A DNA stretch of 46,492 bases from Verrucomicrobiota bacterium (GTDB taxonomy: Bacteria > Verrucomicrobiota > Verrucomicrobiia > Verrucomicrobiales > V1-33). Under the pieces are notes generated by a model. The model did not search any database and was not told the DNA's origin. It saw nothing but the letters and a program-made list of their open reading frames with translations. Made by a program: the position numbers and the translations under genes. How positions within the stretch are numbered: the first letter of the stretch is position 1; each line of letters begins with the position of its first letter. Below, piece by piece: positions 42,801 to 46,492 of the stretch. The DNA is taken from positions 1 through 46,492 of the forward strand of contig JANOZA010000625.1 of NCBI GenBank assembly GCA_031429155.1. The letters run 5' to 3'.

Positions 42801-44392
42801 GCCAAGTCACCGCCGAGGCCAAACTCCAGGACCACTACAGCCTCGACGGCGGCGGCACCGGCAGCGGCAAGGTCATCCACGTCCCCATCCCCGGCCTCAC
42901 TCCTGGCTGCACCATTGACTACGCATGGACCATCGAAAATGCCGGCACCGGCGGCGCCATTGATTACACCCGTCACGTCTTCGGTCTCGCTGAACCCTGC
43001 CGCCTCGACTCCTGGTTCATCACTGGCGACACCTCAGCCCTCAAGTTCGCCACCACGCGCAATCTTCAGCCGGAACGCGACGGCGACTCCCTGGTCTGGA
43101 TCGAAACCAGGCCCGTCGAGTTCACCAACAGCCTGCTGCTCTCCGGCGGCGCAGAGCCCCTGCCCATCCTCCACGCCGGCACTCCCAGCAGCAGTTGGGA
43201 AAAGCTCGGGCGCGACTACCTCGACCAAATCCGCGACCGGCTCGCCACGAATCCAGCAGTCACCACCGCAGCGCACGACACCATCGCCGGACTCCGCACC
43301 CGTGAGGAACGCATCGCCGCCCTCAGCATGCTCGTGCGGGACAGCATCAGTTATACCGCCATCGAGTTTGGCTCGCGCGCCGTCATCCCCAACCCCGCCG
43401 CCGCCACCCTCGCCAACCGCTATGGCGACTGCAAGGATCAGGCCGTGCTCCTCCATCAGTTGCTCACCGCCGCCGCCATCCCCTCCAACCTCTGCGTCAT
43501 CAACAGCCGCGGCGACATCCACAAAGACTTCCCGTGCCTGGCACAGTTCGACCACATGATCGTCGCCCTCCCTTCCGCGGACGGGAAGACGAACGACTTC
43601 ATTGATCCCAGCTACAAATACCTCTCGCCCGTCGCCGGCTTCGCCCCCTCCGGCCTCGAATCGCGCACCGCTCTCATCCTCGACCGCATCACCCCTCGCC
43701 TCGCAGTCACCCCCGCGCACACGACCCCCAGCGACATCCTCCTGAAGCGCGACATCACCCTGAGCGACAACGCCGACGCCGTCCTCCGCGATGCCATCAC
43801 CTTCACCGGCACCCGCGCCGCCCGCCTGCGCGCCGCGCTCGCACCCCTGCCCCCGCTCGACCGTATCGCCACCGTGCGCGCGCTCATCGGCTTCGACCGG
43901 CTCAGCCATCACGTCAGCGACATCCGCATCCAGAACATCAAGGAACTCCAGTCGCCCCTGCGCATCACCATTCAGTGGGAAGCCCGCCGCGCCGTCCGCA
44001 AGGATCAGGGACAACTCCTCCTCACCCTGCCCACCGTCATCGAAAGCCAGCTCCTCAACTCCGGTGATGGCGACGACGACGGCAGCGACGCCCTCCCGCT
44101 CCTCCTCACCTCCGCCGTCCACCTCCGCACCGAAGCCACCCTGCACATGCCCCCCGGCCACACCCTCGCACCGCGCGCCCCCGCCGGCAGCGATGCCGCT
44201 TTCGGCAAATGGTCACTCGCCCTCTCCCCGCCGGATGCCAGTCGCGCCGCCCTCCTCACATGGGACTGCACACTGCTGCCCGCCACCTACGCCCCGGAGC
44301 CAAAGCGCCAGCTCATAGACTTCACCCACGACGCCCTCCGCCAGCTCCAGGGCGAGTGGGAATTCACCGCCGAGTCCGTCGCCGGGCAGTAG
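39809..44392 (+). CDS. Giant multidomain protein: N-terminal zinc ribbon, Pro/Ala-rich linker, TM helix, TPR region, and DUF3857-like plus transglutaminase-like cysteine protease core
   Basis: The start is the ATG at 39809, with a TTG at 39806 also in frame. The zinc ribbon is KFQCLHCQQPLTV...CPECGNQV. The TM helix is AAAAIFIFGLIVFL. TPR-like helices lie at about aa 640-900. The transglutaminase triad context is RYGDCKDQAVLLHQLL (Cys), FDHMIVAL (His) and DFIDPS (Asp). Confidence 0.85.
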   Translation: MSSSNEPPKIKFQCLHCQQPLTVLLEDCGKESTCPECGNQVLSPEILGDLTPAEPEAKPLPPGQRILSVRRVAMGDRAGNGGGRGGRQEVRLPKPGEPQAKAPTAQSLPKAAASAPESANAPAPKPAAAVTPPVPAAATAIPVLPAKPGAAASPFVNLPALPAVVPPAESAPAVMTSPFVTAGPKSPPPLPVSVPAIPEPEPTPSFSLAPSSPLVLPSPGARRRPPPAEPGGSHLRMMLKAAAAIFIFGLIVFLKLDRIAENWFGRDEETLVITGPPVSALPAAPAKVIESPSLREHFNFTPLEMREFPDLNFKFRMPEGAWEFARDPWSREGSVFSLNKIPGLPGKEEIGEASFALRVLPLGSAIASDQNRATAAVQASLKALGGGGKITGREEVTLGTLLFSRIEVEDLQCEHQSVNAEVWLYALNGMVYEMITTMPVLTPPYYLSTTARRLAGGFSIADPSHVLRSADVVAMLETAGAMPVPKIAVTFGNVSITLKPDTWTTWPGAADILPGSTLTFASRGGLRMAAAFTPNEGLPDDPVRTASLIGAIWPALRDFQWSRTDRRPHQEQRTAVMRGTGQLNNRKGVAEVRAVRCGDSLMVLFAFGPGDTRPDLLTAHLDTFLVDPGANQSADFGHIEARGFQRSALTGLAGDATANGRHEEAIAAHLVLFEWDRRPDDLCNAARSLYASGKKDEAVQLITDREGRHAGQPEWEVQKMLLLASIAQPGESRRIAGTLLESGVLPASAAAIFIETLIEVRALSDAQSFVKLLTEKDRSPLWHLYSALLMAETGDRGKAAALVRTVRTAAPDDVELAVECVNVLIRCRLFPEALELARFLAAKNPQREQLQFLAAACHTALGHTAEAREAYQKILTSNPASTTAREALASLAASSGQEGSEEIVTVSIPPVPLPAALAAKLPRPHAPLADAGGQSVVHLYRVTGLQLHTSEPLRQTTRGAIRILDEEGMSLFNTMRFPVQPLAQRLCIHYLRVLDATGQVTAEAKLQDHYSLDGGGTGSGKVIHVPIPGLTPGCTIDYAWTIENAGTGGAIDYTRHVFGLAEPCRLDSWFITGDTSALKFATTRNLQPERDGDSLVWIETRPVEFTNSLLLSGGAEPLPILHAGTPSSSWEKLGRDYLDQIRDRLATNPAVTTAAHDTIAGLRTREERIAALSMLVRDSISYTAIEFGSRAVIPNPAAATLANRYGDCKDQAVLLHQLLTAAAIPSNLCVINSRGDIHKDFPCLAQFDHMIVALPSADGKTNDFIDPSYKYLSPVAGFAPSGLESRTALILDRITPRLAVTPAHTTPSDILLKRDITLSDNADAVLRDAITFTGTRAARLRAALAPLPPLDRIATVRALIGFDRLSHHVSDIRIQNIKELQSPLRITIQWEARRAVRKDQGQLLLTLPTVIESQLLNSGDGDDDGSDALPLLLTSAVHLRTEATLHMPPGHTLAPRAPAGSDAAFGKWSLALSPPDASRAALLTWDCTLLPATYAPEPKRQLIDFTHDALRQLQGEWEFTAESVAGQ

Positions 44393-44394
44393 CA

Positions 44395-45006
44395 CTAGCC
44401 ATCCGTCCCCGGCTCCTCTTTCGGCAAAGCCCGCCCGCGCTTCTCCCGCCGCCGCTTCATCAGATGCACGATCGCCTTCCAGCGTCGTTTGAAATGTCCG
44501 CCCCGCCAGCGATGTGTCAGGCGCGCCACCCTCGCCTTCATCGCATTCTTCCACCGCACCACCGCCTGCCAGGCCGCCATCGCCTTGATCGCCGCATACA
44601 GCCGCGCCTTCAGCCGCACGAGACCCTCATACAGCCTGCGAAACCACCCCACCGTCAGCAGCGACGGCTTACACACCGCAAACAGCCGCGCCAGGATCGC
44701 CGTTCCCGCCAGCTTCGCCGCTATGAGGATCGCCGTCCCCGTCAGCGCCTGACCATTCGCCGTCAGCCACACCGCGAACAAATTCACCGGCAGCAGCAAC
44801 AGTCCCGGCAGCAGAAAAACCCCCATCGCCGGATACGGCGGCAGCGCCGCCAGCAGCACCTCCAGCCGCCGCAGCACCGGCAACCTCGCCACCCGCGCCA
44901 TCATCGCCGTCAACCGGTCCCACAGCCATTCCTCGAAAAACATGATCATCCCCGCGATGACGACCATCGGCGGCGTGAGCAGTTTCTTGAAAAATCGGCG
45001 GATCAT
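44395..45006 (-). CDS. Hypothetical polytopic membrane protein with a basic C-terminal tail
   Basis: The ATG at 45006 opens MIRRFFKKLLTPPMVVIAGMIMFF. Three to four hydrophobic helices are followed by a Lys/Arg-rich tail. I recognise no family. Confidence 0.5.
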   Translation of the reverse strand: MIRRFFKKLLTPPMVVIAGMIMFFEEWLWDRLTAMMARVARLPVLRRLEVLLAALPPYPAMGVFLLPGLLLLPVNLFAVWLTANGQALTGTAILIAAKLAGTAILARLFAVCKPSLLTVGWFRRLYEGLVRLKARLYAAIKAMAAWQAVVRWKNAMKARVARLTHRWRGGHFKRRWKAIVHLMKRRREKRGRALPKEEPGTDG

Positions 45007-45124
45007 ACAGGCGGCATCACTGTCCCCGGCGCATGGAATTGCAATCCGCACCTCAGCGCCACACCCTCACCCCGCCGGGCAGAATCAGTTTGCGCCCCCC
45101 CGGCCCTGCGCGCATTCTCTGCCG

Positions 45125-46258
45125 ATGAATCCCCGCTTCCTCACCGGCATGGGAGTGACTGCCGCCGCCGCCGCTGCGGTGCTCTGCTGGTATCTGTTAA
45201 GCAGAGAGCCCGACCCCGCGCCGCGCTCGGCGGGGAAAGGCCAGGCTCCCGCTGCCATCGTGACTGGCCATGGGGCCTACGCTACACCCTCACCAGTTGA
45301 GCCGACGCCCGAGACAGACGCCCCCCAGCCCGGCCCGCAGTGGCTGGACTCCCGCGGCCGCGATGCTGCGGGCCTCATTGCCGCCTGGGACATGGCCCGC
45401 GGCGATGCGCTCCTCCTGGAGGCAGCGAAGAGGTTCCCCGGCGATCCTCTCGTCTGCTCGGCCATGATCCAGCACGCAGGCGGCAATGCCCGGGAGGCGA
45501 TGCCCTGGATCGAGCGTCTGATCGCCGCGGAGCCCGACAATCCTGAGGGCCTCTATCACAAAGCGTGGGCACTCATGGCCGGCAATGACCGTGCCGGAGC
45601 CATCGAGGCCCTGCGTCAGGCCGGAACACTTCCCGGCCCCCGCAACACTCACCTCCCCGAGCGCATGCTGGCCGTTCGCGAAGCCGCCTCCGCAGGTGCA
45701 GCCACACGCGGTGACGCCGCGAGACAGGCCCTCGCCGTCGCGCGACAGCGACGTTCATCCGATCCCGGGTCACATTCCCCCCTTTTCGAAAGCTCCACCA
45801 GTGCACCGGGCGGAATTCCCGCTGCCCTTACTCAGGAACTGGCAGCAGCCAAAGCTGTGGGAAATGAGGCCCGGCGCATGGAGATCATCGGGATCGGGAT
45901 CTCCACCGCCGAGCAGCATTCCAGCGGTGGGGCTGTTTCGCTATGGGAGGAACTCAATGCCCGCAGTCTCGCCTTCAATTTCGTGGTCGGCCTCCCCGAC
46001 GACACCGAAGTTGGCGGCCAGGGACGCACTGCTGGTTCCATCAGGGCAGAAGAGCACACCCTGAGCAGTGACCTCAGGTTATTGCTCAATCAGATGGTTG
46101 CCGTGAGGACTCTCATCAGGGAAGCCAGCGACGATGTGATTTGGAATTATGTCGAACTCTTCGCCCGGCACGGCGAAGTGGCGGCCCAAAAGTGGCTGCT
46201 GGAGCAAAACGGACAAACCCAGGGAACAGATGCTGCGGCGGCCGGCGATGCAGAGTGA
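45125..46258 (+). CDS. Hypothetical membrane-anchored TPR-like protein
   Basis: The ATG at 45125 opens MNPRFLTGMGVTAAAAAAVLCWYLL (anchor). A TPR-like segment is PWIERLIAAEPDNPEGLYHKAWALMAGNDRAGAIEALRQA. I rejected the 61 upstream codons of the tracked ORF because they overlap the divergent gene. Confidence 0.5.
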   Translation: MNPRFLTGMGVTAAAAAAVLCWYLLSREPDPAPRSAGKGQAPAAIVTGHGAYATPSPVEPTPETDAPQPGPQWLDSRGRDAAGLIAAWDMARGDALLLEAAKRFPGDPLVCSAMIQHAGGNAREAMPWIERLIAAEPDNPEGLYHKAWALMAGNDRAGAIEALRQAGTLPGPRNTHLPERMLAVREAASAGAATRGDAARQALAVARQRRSSDPGSHSPLFESSTSAPGGIPAALTQELAAAKAVGNEARRMEIIGIGISTAEQHSSGGAVSLWEELNARSLAFNFVVGLPDDTEVGGQGRTAGSIRAEEHTLSSDLRLLLNQMVAVRTLIREASDDVIWNYVELFARHGEVAAQKWLLEQNGQTQGTDAAAAGDAE

Positions 46259-46387
46259 GGCGCAAAGTCCGCCGTCGCCGGGTGGGGTCCATCCCGGAAC
46301 GGAACAAAGCCCCCCGGTGGCTCCGAACCGCAGCGCGGTTCCCCCATGAGGAGCCGGGGGTGAAACCCTGACCCTTATACGGAAGTC

Positions 46388-46492
46388 TGATCCCGAAGGG
46401 ATCACAGCCATTAGCCGGTGGTTGAGGGAGCATAGCGACCGATACCACCGGTTAGATTGGAGCACATCTCCCGATCCCGGAGGGATCGCAGC
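46388..46492. repeat. REP-like hairpin cluster at the window edge (truncated)
   Basis: One hairpin is TGATCCC-GAA-GGGATCA (46388-46404) and another is CGATCCC-GGA-GGGATCG (46472-46488). Each is followed by CAGC. The stem ccggtggt/accaccgg (46415-46451) lies between them. Confidence 0.4.

Overview
The window is high-GC chromosomal DNA whose gene content is typical of the PVC superphylum. It is most likely Verrucomicrobiota, though Planctomycetota is not excluded. Supporting genes include a PSCyt/DUF1549-DUF1553 plus DUF1501 pair, a PSCyt1-WD40 protein, DUF1080, a sulfatase, a choice-of-anchor-D repeat protein, giant secreted proteins and an ECF sigma fusion. Housekeeping genes (metX, efp, a cupin, a PEP-hydrolase-like TIM barrel) are interspersed. 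I recognised no rRNA, tRNA, CRISPR array, integrase or transposase. The ORF track includes stop codons and allows GTG/TTG starts. Many long Arg/Gly/Pro-rich ORFs are antisense shadows of real genes, and I ignored them. The unusual part is about 21.3-31.2 kb. It begins with a rearrangement scar. An intact DUF1501 gene and a truncated copy of its first 368 bp, fused to a YD/RHS-repeat fragment, bracket the scar. Inside it lie an orphan C-terminal gene fragment and two ~330-bp direct repeats that flank a DUF3800 gene. Next comes a visibly AT-richer islet (about 25.1-30.8 kb). It carries one 1617-aa ORF that fuses a sacsin/NO-VEIN-type GHKL ATPase head to a complete Upf1-like SF1 helicase, and a small overlapping HTH gene. 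It ends in a 280-bp non-coding array dense in GGTACC-core repeats, just upstream of an ArsR-like regulator. I consider the GHKL-helicase module, with its HTH gene and repeat array and possibly the nearby DUF3800 gene, the best candidate for an undescribed conflict or defence system. Every functional call rests on motif recognition by eye, with no database searches.
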